From: Vicinamibacteria bacterium
Lineage (GTDB): Bacteria; Acidobacteriota; Vicinamibacteria; Marinacidobacterales; Marinacidobacteraceae
Direction: 5' to 3'
DNA: 64,000 nt
Assembly: GCA_963422395.1 (NCBI GenBank)
Contig: OY729431.1
Span: 2,656,001 to 2,720,000, forward strand
Shown here: positions 32,088 to 42,934 of the stretch, piece after piece
Layout of the letters: each line of letters starts with the position of its first letter
Numbering within the stretch: position 1 is the stretch's first letter
Program-made: the position numbers and the translations under genes
The notes under the pieces: model-generated
Seen by the model: the letters and a program-made list of their open reading frames with translations, nothing else
Database searches by the model: none
What the model was told of the DNA's origin: nothing

Positions 32088-32120
32088 TTTCTTGGTCTCC
32101 GTTGCCGAGTGTCCTGGGCT

Positions 32121-35100
32121 TCAGTTCTTCGCGCGGATGAGTTCGATGTCGAGTCCGAGACTTTGAATTTCCGCCATCAGCACCTTGAAAGATGCCGGGA
32201 CTTCGGCTGAGTAACTCGTGTCCCCTTTCACGATGGATTCGTACACCTTCGCCCGCCCCCTCACATCGTCCGATTTGACCGTCAACAGTTCCTGGAGTGT
32301 GTGGGCAGCACCATATGCCTCGATCGCCCAGACCTCCATCTCGCCGAAACGCTGTCCTCCGAACTGTGCCTTTCCGCCGAGTGGTTGCTGCGTGATGAGG
32401 CTGTAAGGACCGATACTGCGCGCATGCATCTTGTCGTCCACGAGATGGCCGAGTTTCAACATGTAGATGTAGCCGCAGGTGACTGGTTGTTCGAAGGTAT
32501 CTCCCGTTCGGCCGTCGTAGAGCACGCTCTTTCCGTCCTCGAACACATTCGGCCGCAACCCTTCCTGTTTGCGGGCTATCTCATTCGCTTCTTCGAGTAG
32601 AGATCGAATGTCCTGTTCTCGTGCTCCGTCGAAGACCGGAGTGGCAAAGTGCCGGCCGAGAATGTGCGCCACCCATCCGAGGTGGGTTTCCAGAACCTGG
32701 CCTATGTTCATGCGAGACGGAACGCCGAGAGGGTTCAAAACGATGTCCACCGGGGATCCATCGGGAAGGAACGGCATGTCCTCGACGGGAACGATCTTGG
32801 CGATCACGCCCTTGTTGCCGTGACGGCCTGCCATCTTGTCGCCAACGCTGAGCTTTCGCTTCATCGCTATGTACACCTTGACCATCTTGATGACACCGGG
32901 AGGAAGTTCATCGCCCTGGCGCAGGATTCCCTGTTGCTCGTCTCGGCGTGCCGACAGCAGGTCCAGCTGTTCTTCTGTCTTTTCCTGAATCTCCTGGATT
33001 TCCGCGCGCACCTCATCCGGGAGATCGGTCTCGAGGAGCGGAACGAAATCCATACGAGACGACAGCAACTTCTGCGTCAACCGCGTCCCCTTCGGCAGCT
33101 CGACCTCACCGGTTGCAGGGTTCATGCAATCTTCGATCAGACGACAGCCGACCATCCGCTTGACGATCCTCTTGTCGCATTCCTTCCTCAGGATTCGCTC
33201 TTCGTCCTCGTAATCTCGCTGGATGGCCGCGATGTCATCATCCTCGATCGAACGTGCCCGCTCGTCGCGCTCGGCATCCTTGCGGTGGAACACCCGAACG
33301 TCCACGACGACTCCCTCCACACCCGACGAACACTTGAGCGATGAGTTCTTCACATCGCCCGCCTTGTCTCCGAAGATCGCCCGCAGCAACTTCTCCTCGG
33401 GCGACAGCTGTGCTTCGGCCTTGGGTGTGACGCGGCCGACCAGAAGGTCACCGGGAGCGACACGAGCTCCGATCCGCACGATGCCGGATTCATCGAGATT
33501 GCGGAGAAAATTCTCCGCTACTCCCGGAACTTCGCGGGTGATGATTTCTGGACCCAGCTTCGTATCTCGCGCCTGGACCGTGTGCTCCTCGATATGGATC
33601 GAGGTGTATATGTCGTCATGGACGAGCCGCTCCGAGACCACGATCGCATCCTCGAAGTTGTACCCGCGCCAAGGCATGAAGGCCACGAGGACATTGCGCC
33701 CAAGAGCCAATTCTCCACCGTCGGTGCAGGGTCCGTCAGCGATGACCTGCCCCTGGCGAACTTTTTCACCGATGTCTACCAACGGTTTCTGGTTGATCGA
33801 GGTGTTTTGATTCGACCGGCGAAACTTCTTCATCCGGTAGATGCTGGCGCCGATCTCCGTTTCGCTTGCGGAACCTTCCTTGCGGACGATGATCCGCCGT
33901 CCATCCACGCGGTCCACGACTCCATTGTCTCGACAAACGACCACGGAACCCGAATCCTTCGCAGTGACATGCTCCATGCCTGTCCCGACGAGCGGAGCCT
34001 CCGCCGTGATCAGAGGTACTCCCTGACGCTGCATGTTGGATCCCATGAGCGCTCGGTTCGCGTCGTCGTTTTCGAGAAAAGGGACCAACGACGCCGCGAC
34101 CGAAACGATCTGTTTGGGCGATACATCGATGAAATCCACAGTCTTCCGGGGAGATGGAACGAATTCACCTTCATGACGACAGTTGACCCAGTCGTCGAGC
34201 AGCTTCCCGTCCTCTCCGACCTGCGCGTTGGCCTGGGCGATCGTGTGACGCTCTTCCTCTAGAGCCGATAGATAGAAGGCGTGTGGGATCAGCGCCGCTT
34301 TCTGCTTTCTTCGCCCGAGCTTCGCGTTCTTCGCTTCGGCCTCTGATTTTCGAACGATGGTGTCGATTTCGAATTTGGTGTCTCCTGGATCCGCGACACG
34401 CACATAGTCCACGACCTGACCATCCTCGACTTTCCGATAAGGGCTCTGGATGAAACCGTAATTGTCGATCGTGGCGTAGCAGGACAGCGAACTGATGAGA
34501 CCGATGTTCGGCCCCTCTGGGGTCTCGATGGGACATATCCGACCATAATGGGTAGCGTGTACATCTCGCACATCGAACTTCGCTCGGTCGCGTGAAAGTC
34601 CGCCGGGGCCGAGTGCCGAAAGCCGCCGCTTGTGCGTCACCTCCGAAAGCGGATTCGTCTGTTCCATGAACTGGGAAAGCTGCGATGCTCCGAAGAATTC
34701 TCGCACGGCCGCAGTGACCGGCTTGGCGTTGATCAGGTCACGCGGCATCGCTGTCGTCATTTCCTGATACACATTCATCTTCTCTCGAATCGCCCGTTCC
34801 ATCCGAACCAACCCCAGCCGAAATTGATTTTCGAGCAGTTCGCCTACGGAACGGACCCGACGGTTCCCCAAGTGATCGATGTCGTCCGCCCGATATCCAG
34901 CCTCGCCGCGAGTGAGCCGCAGCAGGTAGTCGAGGACGAGAATGAAATCTTCTTCGGCCAGAACAGTCCGATTCGGATCCATTTCGCGTTCGAGCTTGGT
35001 TGCCAGTTTCCGCCGCCCCACTCGGGAGAAATCGTATTTCTGTTCGTTGAAGAACAGATTGTTGAGGAGGTTCCGAGAACTCTCGACGGTCGGCTGATCT

Positions 35101-36401
35101 CCTGGGCGTTGCCGCCGGTATAGCTCGACGAGCGCGCCTTCCACGCTTTCGACATTCGGGGCGTCCACCTGGCGCTGCCGGGTGAGCGGGTCCTTGTCCA
35201 GCGTGTCGGCCAGGACCGGACCCACCGGGTCGGCACCGGGAAGAATCACGGGCAGACTCGAAAGTTTCGCGGCCGGAGTCTGCTGCGGCGCATCCTCGGA
35301 GGGTTCCGGAGCGGACTGGAACTCCGCCAACAGGCTTGCCGTCAGACGCGTGTTCGCCGGAATTTCCTCGCCGGTCGTGGGCACCACGACCGGCATCGCG
35401 AGCCGGAATCCTCCCAGCGCGTCGATGTGAAAGTCCAGATGGCGAACACTCCGCCGCACCAGCTTGCGCAAATCTCCACGACTGATGCGTTTTCCCCCAG
35501 GAATGACGACTTTCCCGTCGGACTCGATGTCTCGCTCGATGCGCGCGTCGAGCAACAATTCCTGGAGAGCTTCATCGAATGCAAATCGGACACGCTCGCC
35601 CGCTGGCATCGCTCTTTGGATTCGATAGAAACGCTTGAGGATGGTTTCCGTCTTCCCGAGACCGAGAGCCCTCAGGAAGATCGTTGCTGGAAAACGTTTC
35701 TTCCGGTCGATGCGAACCTGCAGAAGCCCCTTGGCATCGGTCTCGAATTCGAGCCACGAGCCGCGGTAAGGAACGACCTGAGCCAGATAACAGTTACGAT
35801 CGGCCTCGTGGAAGAACACGCCCGGCGAGCGATGCAGTTGGGACACCACGACCCGTTCGGTACCGTTGATGATGAAGGTCCCGTTCTCGGTCATCAACGG
35901 AATGTCTCCGAAGAAGACCTCTTCCTCCTTGATGTCGTGGATCGATCGTTGATTGGTTTCAGGATCTCGATCCCAGACCGTCAGACGGATCTTGACCTTG
36001 AGCGGCACTGCGTAGGTCTTTCCGCGGTGCTGACACTGTTCGACGTCGTGTTCGACCTTGAGATGCACCCGGTCCCCACAGTATTCACAGGGCTCACCGT
36101 TACGGGTGTGTTCGATGCCTTCGAGGTCTCCGCAGCTGCACGCCCAGCGGCCTACCGAGTACTCGAGAAAATCGAGCTCGCAGTTGTCTCGGAAATCCCG
36201 GATTGGAAAGATCGAGCGGAACACGGCCTGCAGACCGATCTCTTCTCGATTCCGAGCTTGAATGCCTTTCTGCAGAAACCGATCATAAGAACGGTGCTGG
36301 ACCTCGATGAGGTTCGGCAGAGGGATGGAGGCGCGAATGCGGGAGAAATCGTGCCGCATGCGCTTCGGGGCGACATCAGGATTCAGCATGGAATGCAGCA
36401 T
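32121..36401 (-). CDS. rpoB: RNA polymerase beta subunit
   Basis: [30 protein letters not shown]. Start is 36401 or 36389. Confidence 0.99.
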   Translation of the reverse strand: MLHSMLNPDVAPKRMRHDFSRIRASIPLPNLIEVQHRSYDRFLQKGIQARNREEIGLQAVFRSIFPIRDFRDNCELDFLEYSVGRWACSCGDLEGIEHTRNGEPCEYCGDRVHLKVEHDVEQCQHRGKTYAVPLKVKIRLTVWDRDPETNQRSIHDIKEEEVFFGDIPLMTENGTFIINGTERVVVSQLHRSPGVFFHEADRNCYLAQVVPYRGSWLEFETDAKGLLQVRIDRKKRFPATIFLRALGLGKTETILKRFYRIQRAMPAGERVRFAFDEALQELLLDARIERDIESDGKVVIPGGKRISRGDLRKLVRRSVRHLDFHIDALGGFRLAMPVVVPTTGEEIPANTRLTASLLAEFQSAPEPSEDAPQQTPAAKLSSLPVILPGADPVGPVLADTLDKDPLTRQRQVDAPNVESVEGALVELYRRQRPGDQPTVESSRNLLNNLFFNEQKYDFSRVGRRKLATKLEREMDPNRTVLAEEDFILVLDYLLRLTRGEAGYRADDIDHLGNRRVRSVGELLENQFRLGLVRMERAIREKMNVYQEMTTAMPRDLINAKPVTAAVREFFGASQLSQFMEQTNPLSEVTHKRRLSALGPGGLSRDRAKFDVRDVHATHYGRICPIETPEGPNIGLISSLSCYATIDNYGFIQSPYRKVEDGQVVDYVRVADPGDTKFEIDTIVRKSEAEAKNAKLGRRKQKAALIPHAFYLSALEEERHTIAQANAQVGEDGKLLDDWVNCRHEGEFVPSPRKTVDFIDVSPKQIVSVAASLVPFLENDDANRALMGSNMQRQGVPLITAEAPLVGTGMEHVTAKDSGSVVVCRDNGVVDRVDGRRIIVRKEGSASETEIGASIYRMKKFRRSNQNTSINQKPLVDIGEKVRQGQVIADGPCTDGGELALGRNVLVAFMPWRGYNFEDAIVVSERLVHDDIYTSIHIEEHTVQARDTKLGPEIITREVPGVAENFLRNLDESGIVRIGARVAPGDLLVGRVTPKAEAQLSPEEKLLRAIFGDKAGDVKNSSLKCSSGVEGVVVDVRVFHRKDAERDERARSIEDDDIAAIQRDYEDEERILRKECDKRIVKRMVGCRLIEDCMNPATGEVELPKGTRLTQKLLSSRMDFVPLLETDLPDEVRAEIQEIQEKTEEQLDLLSARRDEQQGILRQGDELPPGVIKMVKVYIAMKRKLSVGDKMAGRHGNKGVIAKIVPVEDMPFLPDGSPVDIVLNPLGVPSRMNIGQVLETHLGWVAHILGRHFATPVFDGAREQDIRSLLEEANEIARKQEGLRPNVFEDGKSVLYDGRTGDTFEQPVTCGYIYMLKLGHLVDDKMHARSIGPYSLITQQPLGGKAQFGGQRFGEMEVWAIEAYGAAHTLQELLTVKSDDVRGRAKVYESIVKGDTSYSAEVPASFKVLMAEIQSLGLDIELIRAKN

Positions 36402-36587
36402 GTAGAGAGCTCGTTACGGCGAAAACACCGGCTGCGGTCTCGGAAACACCGATCGAGCGATGCGGGAGACCGAAGAGGGATCCGGAAGATGGCCGCACAG
36501 ACGGCAGAGGGCGGACCTCCGGCCTGAATCGGCTTTCGGGCCTGACGAATCCGGGAAGAAGAGAGCAGCAAGAAGAACGCATCCGAT

Positions 36588-36968
36588 CTACTTGATTTCG
36601 ATCGTTGCGCCGACCTCCTTGAACTGCTCCTGGATGCTCTTGGCCTCTTCCATGGGAACTCCTTCCTTGATCGCCTTCGGGGCTTCATCCACGAGTCCTT
36701 TGGCTTCCCGAAGGCCAAGACTCGTCAGTTCGCGAACGATCTTGATGACTCGCACGCGGTTCGGGCCACAGTCGGTGAGAACGGCGTCGAACTCGGTCTG
36801 CTCCTCGACCGGGGCGGCCCCGCCGGAGTCCGCGGCGACCACTGCCGGCATCGCCGCAGCTGCAGAAACTCCGAGCTCCTCTTCGAGTGCCTTGACGAGC
36901 TCGGAGAGCTCGAGCACGGTGAGCGATTTGATGTGAGCTACGACATCCTGTTGCGTGAGTGCGGACAT
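36588..36968 (-). CDS. rplL: 50S ribosomal protein L7/L12
   Basis: [34 protein letters not shown]. Confidence 0.98.
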   Translation of the reverse strand: MSALTQQDVVAHIKSLTVLELSELVKALEEELGVSAAAAMPAVVAADSGGAAPVEEQTEFDAVLTDCGPNRVRVIKIVRELTSLGLREAKGLVDEAPKAIKEGVPMEEAKSIQEQFKEVGATIEIK

Positions 36969-37059
36969 CTTGATTTCTACTCCTTCTCGAGTATCGAAAT
37001 TGGTAAAGAAAGCATCGGGGCGAGATACGGGTTGCCGGCATCCGCCGAACTCAACCGCA

Positions 37060-37602
37060 TCATTCGCTTCCTCTCTGAGCGGCCTTCTCCTCGGCCGCCT
37101 TCAGAAGGAGGACGAGATTGCGCGGCACGCCCTCGAGAACATTCATCAGATTGCGGATCGGAGCCGCGATGACCGAGGCGAGTTGCCCCTGGAGGGTCTC
37201 CTTGCCGGGCAGTTTGGCGAGTGCTTCGAATCGTTCCGAATCCACAGGCCGCATGGACTCGCGCTGGGCAACGATCCCTCCCTTGAACTGGAGCGCCTCG
37301 AAGTCCTGCGAACTCTCACGGAGTACTCTCGCCAGGGAAGCCGGATCCCCTACCGACCAGACGATACCGGTCATGCCGACGAGATGATCGTCGAGACCGG
37401 CGATGCCGGCATTCCGAAGCGCCCAACGAGCGGTACTGTTCTTGACCACTCGGTACTGCCCGCCGGCCTCTCGAACCCGTCGGCGGAGGTCGGTCACTTC
37501 CGCCACGGTCAAGCCGCGAAAGTCGAACGAGAAGACTGCTGCCGGAGAGCGCAGAGCCTCGGCAAGCGCTTCGGCGGCGTGGTGTTTTTCAGATCGCTGC
37601 AT
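37060..37602 (-). CDS. rplJ: 50S ribosomal protein L10
   Basis: [24 protein letters not shown]. Confidence 0.96.
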   Translation of the reverse strand: MQRSEKHHAAEALAEALRSPAAVFSFDFRGLTVAEVTDLRRRVREAGGQYRVVKNSTARWALRNAGIAGLDDHLVGMTGIVWSVGDPASLARVLRESSQDFEALQFKGGIVAQRESMRPVDSERFEALAKLPGKETLQGQLASVIAAPIRNLMNVLEGVPRNLVLLLKAAEEKAAQRGSE

Positions 37603-37633
37603 CGCCCATGGTCCTCATCGAAGCGGTTACGCC

Positions 37634-38323
37634 CTACTTGGCCCCCACCATGGCCGGACTGATCGAGAGTCCGGGACTCATCGTCGAACTGATAGCGACG
37701 CTCTGGATGTATCGGCCTTTGGCTGCCGCCGGTTTCTGGCGGATCACAGCCGAAGCGAATGCGAGCGCATTCTCCGCCAGGTTCTCCGCCGAAAACGAGA
37801 GTTTGCCGACGGGCGCATGGATGTTGGATGTCTTGTCCACGCGGTAGTTGACCTTGCCGGCCTTGATTTCCTGAATCGCTTTCGCTACATCGAAGGTGAC
37901 CGTCCCCGACTTGGGATTGGGCATCAATCCTCGCGGCCCGAGAATTCGGCCGAGCTTGCCAACCGACCGCATCATGTCCGGCGTCGACACCACGGCTTCG
38001 AAATCGAGGAACCCACCCTGGATCCGAGCAACCATGTCCTCTCCGCCCACCTCGTCCGCACCGGCGTCTTCCGCCTCCTTGGCCTTTTCACCGGAAGCGA
38101 TCGCGACCACACGCCGCGAAATACCGAGCCCATGCGGCAGCACCACCGTACCCCGCACCATCTGGTCGGCATGACGGGGATCCACCCCGAGCCGCATCGC
38201 CATCTCGGCGGTCTCGTCGAAACCGGCGAAGCTCGCGCTCTTGAGGGCGGTAAAAGCCTCGGAAAGTGTTTCCGGATGAGCCTCGGCCAAAGCGGCCTTG
38301 GCAGTAGCGTATCTCTGTCCCAT
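37634..38323 (-). CDS. rplA: 50S ribosomal protein L1
   Basis: [35 protein letters not shown]. Confidence 0.98.
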   Translation of the reverse strand: MGQRYATAKAALAEAHPETLSEAFTALKSASFAGFDETAEMAMRLGVDPRHADQMVRGTVVLPHGLGISRRVVAIASGEKAKEAEDAGADEVGGEDMVARIQGGFLDFEAVVSTPDMMRSVGKLGRILGPRGLMPNPKSGTVTFDVAKAIQEIKAGKVNYRVDKTSNIHAPVGKLSFSAENLAENALAFASAVIRQKPAAAKGRYIQSVAISSTMSPGLSISPAMVGAK

Positions 38324-38367
38324 AGCGTAATTCGTGGCGTGATCCCGCAGCAGCTCCTCCGGGATCG

Positions 38368-38787
38368 TCAGCCGACCTCGATGCCCATGCTCCGGGCGGT
38401 CCCCTCTACGATGCGGCAGGCCGCAGCGATGTCCTCGGCATTCAGATCCGGAAGTTTGATCCGAGCGATCTCCTCGACCTGACTCGGAGTCACACCTCCC
38501 ACTCGATTCCGGTTGGGTTCTCCCGAGCCCTTGGCGATTCCCGCAGCGCGTTTCAGGAGGGCTGCAGCCGGAGGAGTCTTCGTTTCGAAGCGGAACGACC
38601 GATCCTGATACACCGTGACCACACACGGAATGATCATTCCGCCCTCGTTCTGTGTCCTGGCGTTGAAAGCCTTGCAAAAATCCATGATGTTGATCCCGTG
38701 TTGCCCGAGTGCCGGCCCCACCGGGGGAGCGGGGGTGGCTTTCCCAGCGGGAAGCTGGATCTTCACTTCTGCGAGAATTTTTTTCAT
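38368..38787 (-). CDS. rplK: 50S ribosomal protein L11
   Basis: [25 protein letters not shown]. Confidence 0.98.
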   Translation of the reverse strand: MKKILAEVKIQLPAGKATPAPPVGPALGQHGINIMDFCKAFNARTQNEGGMIIPCVVTVYQDRSFRFETKTPPAAALLKRAAGIAKGSGEPNRNRVGGVTPSQVEEIARIKLPDLNAEDIAAACRIVEGTARSMGIEVG

Positions 38788-38820
38788 CGAGGACCTTCCA
38801 GGAACGCCGAACGGCTCCGA

Positions 38821-39348
38821 TCAGACCTTCTCCACCTCGAGGAACTCGAGTTCTACCGGAGTGGAACGGCCGAAAATAGTGACCATGACTTTCAGTTTGT
38901 TTCGATCCGGATGCACCTCATCCACGATCCCCTGAAAGCCGTTGAAGGGTCCGTGAATGATCCTCACAGATTCGCCTGCCTGGAAGGTATGCCGCAATTT
39001 GGGCGATTGACCGGCATCGTCCATCTGAGCGCGGATTCGCAGCACATCGTCTTCCGGCATCGGCTGCGGCCGATGCGGCGGAACGAATCCCATGACCTTT
39101 TCGGTGTTCTTCACGACCTGCCAGGTATCCGCATTCATCTCCATATTCACGAGGACATATCCCGGATATACCTGCTTGGTGGCAACCACGCGTCTTCCGC
39201 CACGCATTTCGACGACCTTCTCGGTAGGGATCAAGATCTCTCCGATCTGTTCTCCCAACCCGTACGCATTCGCCCGGTGGCGGAGCGCCTCTTTCACACT
39301 CTCCTCGAATTTCGAGTGCGTAGAAACGATGAACCACTCTCTCGCCAT
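38821..39348 (-). CDS. nusG: Transcription termination/antitermination factor NusG
   Basis: [29 protein letters not shown]. Confidence 0.97.
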   Translation of the reverse strand: MAREWFIVSTHSKFEESVKEALRHRANAYGLGEQIGEILIPTEKVVEMRGGRRVVATKQVYPGYVLVNMEMNADTWQVVKNTEKVMGFVPPHRPQPMPEDDVLRIRAQMDDAGQSPKLRHTFQAGESVRIIHGPFNGFQGIVDEVHPDRNKLKVMVTIFGRSTPVELEFLEVEKV

Positions 39349-39352
39349 GGAA

Positions 39353-39565
39353 TCACCCGCTGACCAGATTCGTGATGAATGCGGAAACATAGGACATCAC
39401 CACATCGAGGCCGTACAGATAGAAGCCGAAGAAGAACACCGTGATCAGAACGATGATGGTGGTTCCCCGCACTTCGTTGCGCGTCGGCCAGGTTACCTTG
39501 CCGACCTCGACGCGGACTTCTCCCAGGAAGCCGCGCACCGTTCCGACTCGTTCGAGCAGGCTCAT
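39353..39565 (-). CDS. secE: Preprotein translocase SecE
   Basis: FL.EV..E..KVTWP motif followed by one TM. Confidence 0.95.
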   Translation of the reverse strand: MSLLERVGTVRGFLGEVRVEVGKVTWPTRNEVRGTTIIVLITVFFFGFYLYGLDVVMSYVSAFITNLVSG

Positions 39566-39613
39566 GATGATCTGCACTCCCGGCGGCTGCGGATCGCGAC
39601 GGCGCAGGGACGC

Positions 39614-39686
39614 CAGGCCAGGAGGGGATCGAACCCCCAACCCCCGGTTTTGGAGACCGGTGCTCTGCCGATTGAGCTACTGGCCT
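39614..39686 (-). tRNA. tRNA-Trp(CCA)
   Basis: AGGCCAGTAGCTCAATCGGCAGAGC..CTCCAAA..GGTTCGATCCC..CTGGCCTG; CCA end not encoded. Confidence 0.97.
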
Positions 39687-39779
39687 TCGCATCCCCGATA
39701 TCCGGGAACCGCGGCGGTTCCGCTTCGAAACCGATCATCGTCTGACGCCTCCTGCCTGCCGCAAGGAAGCCTCGCGTGC

Positions 39780-39944
39780 TCACCGGGTCTCCCGATGGAG
39801 CACATGTCCGCGACAGAAGCGACAGAACTTGCGCAATTCCATACGGTCCGGGTGGGTAGAACGGTTCTTCGTCGTCGAGTAGGTGCGCCGTTTACATTCG
39901 GTGCACGCCAGCGTGACGATCTGCCGCTTCTTCTCGCGCGCCAT
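39780..39944 (-). CDS. rpmG: 50S ribosomal protein L33 (Zn-ribbon form)
   Basis: Hand translation: [54 protein letters not shown]. Confidence 0.97.
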   Translation of the reverse strand: MAREKKRQIVTLACTECKRRTYSTTKNRSTHPDRMELRKFCRFCRGHVLHRETR

Positions 39945-40078
39945 GGGGCTCGGGTTCCCGGCGGTAGTGCCTTAGTCTAAAAATCTCTCCCGGAGCATCA
40001 GGCTCGGCGGTGACTCCTCGCCGCAACCGAGCCGATGCCATCCGTATTCGTGTCGCCTGCCGCGATCCGCTCGCGCGG

Positions 40079-41266
40079 CTACTCGAGCACCTCGGTGGTC
40101 ATCCCCGAAGCGACGGTTTTTCCACCCTCGCGAATGGCGAAACGGAGACCCCGGTCCATCGCGATAGGAGTGATCAACTCCACCTCGAGCTGGATGTTGT
40201 CCCCGGGCATGGCGACCACCTGGTCGCCGAGCAGGGTGGCGGTCCCAGTCACATCCGTAGTGCGGAAGTAGAACTGGGGCCGGTAGCCGCTCTTGAACGG
40301 CTTCTCGCGGCCGCCCTCTTCCTTCGAGAGAACATAGACCTCGGAACGGAATCGAGTGTGCGGTGTGATCGAACCGGGCCTGGCGAGAACCATCCCGCGT
40401 TCCACCTCGCGCCGATCGGTGCCGCGCAGGAGAATTCCGACATTGTCGCCGGCCTCTCCCTCGTCGAGCAGCTTCTTGAACATCTCGACGCCGGTGACGA
40501 TGCGCTTGCGGGTGTCGCGGATCCCGACGATCTCGACTTCGTCCTGAATGCGGACCCGGCCCCGCTCGATACGCCCGGTCACCACGGTGCCGCGCCCGGA
40601 AATCGAAAAGACATCCTCGATCGGCATCAGGTAGTCCTTTTCGATTGCCCGTTCCGGCACGGGGACATACTCGTCGAGCGCCTGGGTCAATTCACGGATC
40701 GGCTTCCAGTCCGAGGGGTCGTCGGATTCGAGCGCTTTGAGCGCGCTCCCGCGGATGATCGGGATGTCGTCACCGGGGAAGTCGTAGTCCGACAGCAGTT
40801 CCCGGACTTCGAGCTCGACCAGCTCGAGTAGCTCCTCATCGTCGAGCATGTCCACCTTGTTCAAGAAGACGACCATGCGGGGAACGCCCACCTGACGGGC
40901 GAGCAGGATGTGCTCGCGGGTCTGCGCCTGCGGCCCGTCCGGCGCCGAGATCAGTAGTACCGCGCCGTCCATCTGCGCGGCGCCGGTGATCATGTTCTTG
41001 ATGTAGTCGGCGTGCCCCGGGCAATCCACATGGGCATAGTGGCGCGCCGCCGTCTCGTACTCCACATGAGAGACCGCGATCGTGATGCCGCGTTCGCGCT
41101 CCTCGGGAGCGTTGTCGATCGAATCGAAGCTGCGGAACTGCCCCCCGGCTTCGGCAGCGAGGACCTTCGTGATCGCCGCGGTCAGGGTCGTCTTGCCGTG
41201 ATCCACGTGACCGATGGTCCCCACATTGACATGGGGTTTCGTGCGTTCGAACTTCTCCTTGGCCAT
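40079..41266 (-). CDS. tuf: Elongation factor Tu
   Basis: [35 protein letters not shown]. Confidence 0.99.
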   Translation of the reverse strand: MAKEKFERTKPHVNVGTIGHVDHGKTTLTAAITKVLAAEAGGQFRSFDSIDNAPEERERGITIAVSHVEYETAARHYAHVDCPGHADYIKNMITGAAQMDGAVLLISAPDGPQAQTREHILLARQVGVPRMVVFLNKVDMLDDEELLELVELEVRELLSDYDFPGDDIPIIRGSALKALESDDPSDWKPIRELTQALDEYVPVPERAIEKDYLMPIEDVFSISGRGTVVTGRIERGRVRIQDEVEIVGIRDTRKRIVTGVEMFKKLLDEGEAGDNVGILLRGTDRREVERGMVLARPGSITPHTRFRSEVYVLSKEEGGREKPFKSGYRPQFYFRTTDVTGTATLLGDQVVAMPGDNIQLEVELITPIAMDRGLRFAIREGGKTVASGMTTEVLE

Positions 41267-41363
41267 CGGGTTTCTCCTTGGTTTACTGGGGTTTACTGGA
41301 CCTCTGGATAGGGATCGATCGTCCCCTGCGGGACCTGTCTGTGTTTGGGAACGAAAGGAAAAG

Positions 41364-41438
<75 letters not shown>

Positions 41439-41484
41439 GAAGGCGAGGGAGGAGACGAAAGCGTGCATCTCGACGCCTGGTTCC

Positions 41485-41560
41485 TGGAGCGGGAGACGGG
41501 ATTCGGACCCGCGACCCTCAGCTTGGAAGGCTGATGCTCTGCCAACTGAGCTACTCCCGC
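41485..41560 (-). tRNA. tRNA-Gly(TCC)
   Basis: GCGGGAGTAGCTCAGTTGGCAGAGC..CTTCCAA..GGTCCGAATCCC..CCCGCTCCA. Confidence 0.95.
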
Positions 41561-41713
41561 AGTCATGGATGACGAAAAGGCAGCGGTATCCACCGAGTGG
41601 CTTCTGAAAGACCCGTCAACCGCCGAACTTCGGACGCTGGCCCGGATCGGACCGTCGAAAAGGATCAAGATGGTAGGTATTCGTGGTGGACAGGGCTTCA
41701 TGGAAAGCGAAGG

Positions 41714-41797
41714 TGGAGCGGGGAGGATTCGAACCTCCGAAGGCGTAAAGCCGGCAGGTTTACAGCCTGCTGCGTTTGGCCGCTTCGCTACCACTCC
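41714..41797 (-). tRNA. tRNA-Tyr(GTA)
   Basis: GGAGTGG acceptor stem, CTGTAAA anticodon loop, long variable arm, GGTTCGAATCC. Confidence 0.96.
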
Positions 41798-41926
41798 CCG
41801 GAGAACGCTCCGCGACTCCCCAGTCGTCAGAAACAGCTCTACCCGAACCAGCCGGTCCATGGATCGGGGGATCCGGTCCGAATCTCTCCGATCCAGCTCA
41901 ACCCGGTGCGGTCTGGCCCGACCCGG

Positions 41927-41999
41927 AGCTGGCGAAGGGACTTGAACCCTTGACCGGCTGATTACAAATCAGCTGCTCTGCCTCCTGAGCTACGCCAGC
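41927..41999 (-). tRNA. tRNA-Thr(TGT)
   Basis: GCTGGCGTAGCTCAG..TTTGTAA..GGTTCAAGTCC..CGCCAGCT. Confidence 0.96.
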
Positions 42000-42018
42000 C
42001 TGCACCGGCGAACAGACG

Positions 42019-42048
42019 ATTATAGAGATTCTGCGCCAGTGGTGTCAA
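42019..42048 (-). promoter_or_regulatory. Sigma70 promoter of the tRNA-tuf operon
   Basis: Perfect hexamers TTGACA-N18-TATAAT, 19 bp upstream of tRNA-Thr(TGT). Confidence 0.88.
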
Positions 42049-42934
42049 CAGGCATTTCCGGAGCGATGCGGGAAAGTTCGTTCGCCGGGTTCGCCGGGTT
42101 CGCCGGGTTCGCCGGGGCCGGCGGCCGGATCGGGCTTTCTCGCCCGCGCTGGCGAATCGCCTCGTAGAGAACGATCCCGGCGGCAACCGCCACATTCAGA
42201 GAGCGGGCGCTGCCGAGCTGGGGGAGAGAAAGCAGCGCCTCGCACTCCTTGGAAACTCCGGCGCGGAGCCCCCGACCTTCCGAACCCACCGTCAGGACTG
42301 CCGGTTGAGTCCAGTCGAACTCGTGCCACGGAGTGGATGCGCGCGGCGTGAGTCCAACGGTCCAGAATCCGGCGCTGCGTAGCGCCCGCAGGGCGGCGGC
42401 AGCGCCCGACACCCGCACCAGGCGCGCCTGGGCGAGGGCGCCCGCAGAGGCGGTGATCGCGGCCGGCGAGGGCGGAGCGGCTCCGCGCCGGGGCACGAGA
42501 ACCGCATCCACCCCGGCCCCATCCGCAGCGCGGACCAACGCTCCGAAATTCCGGGGATCCTCGATCCGGTCGAGCAACAGCAGCAGGCTGGGCCGAGGAT
42601 CTCCGCCGATCACTTCGCCGAGCCCGAGCCAACGGATCGGGGAAACCTCGCACGCCGCGCCCTGGTGCCGGACCCCGTCGGCGATCCGTTCCAGCTGCTG
42701 GTTCGGTACCCGCTGGACCGGAGCCCCGCGGGCGCGGGCTATCTGGAGCAACACCTGGTGACGACGCTCCAGCCGTCCGGTGCGTAAAAGCACCCTCCGG
42801 ACCTGATGCGGAGTCGCTCCGAGAACTTCTTCCACCCGGGCAGGACCGAAAACCCAGGTGGCCCCGGTCCGCTCCGGGGGCGCGGCGGCCGGTCTTTCGA
42901 CCGGCCGAGAGCCCCGCGAGGCAGCCGCGCTCAT
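42020..42934 (-). CDS. rlmB: 23S rRNA Gm2251 methyltransferase (SpoU family)
   Basis: HQG, LDRIEDPRNFGALVR, VGSEGRG, SLNVAVAAGIVLYE. Confidence 0.92.
   Translation of the reverse strand: MSAAASRGSRPVERPAAAPPERTGATWVFGPARVEEVLGATPHQVRRVLLRTGRLERRHQVLLQIARARGAPVQRVPNQQLERIADGVRHQGAACEVSPIRWLGLGEVIGGDPRPSLLLLLDRIEDPRNFGALVRAADGAGVDAVLVPRRGAAPPSPAAITASAGALAQARLVRVSGAAAALRALRSAGFWTVGLTPRASTPWHEFDWTQPAVLTVGSEGRGLRAGVSKECEALLSLPQLGSARSLNVAVAAGIVLYEAIRQRGRESPIRPPAPANPANPANPANELSRIAPEMPVDTTGAESL
42080..42115. repeat. Perfect 9-bp tandem repeat (GTTCGCCGG)x4
   Basis: Four exact copies; encodes PAN-PAN-PAN-PAN in the RlmB tail. Confidence 0.9.
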
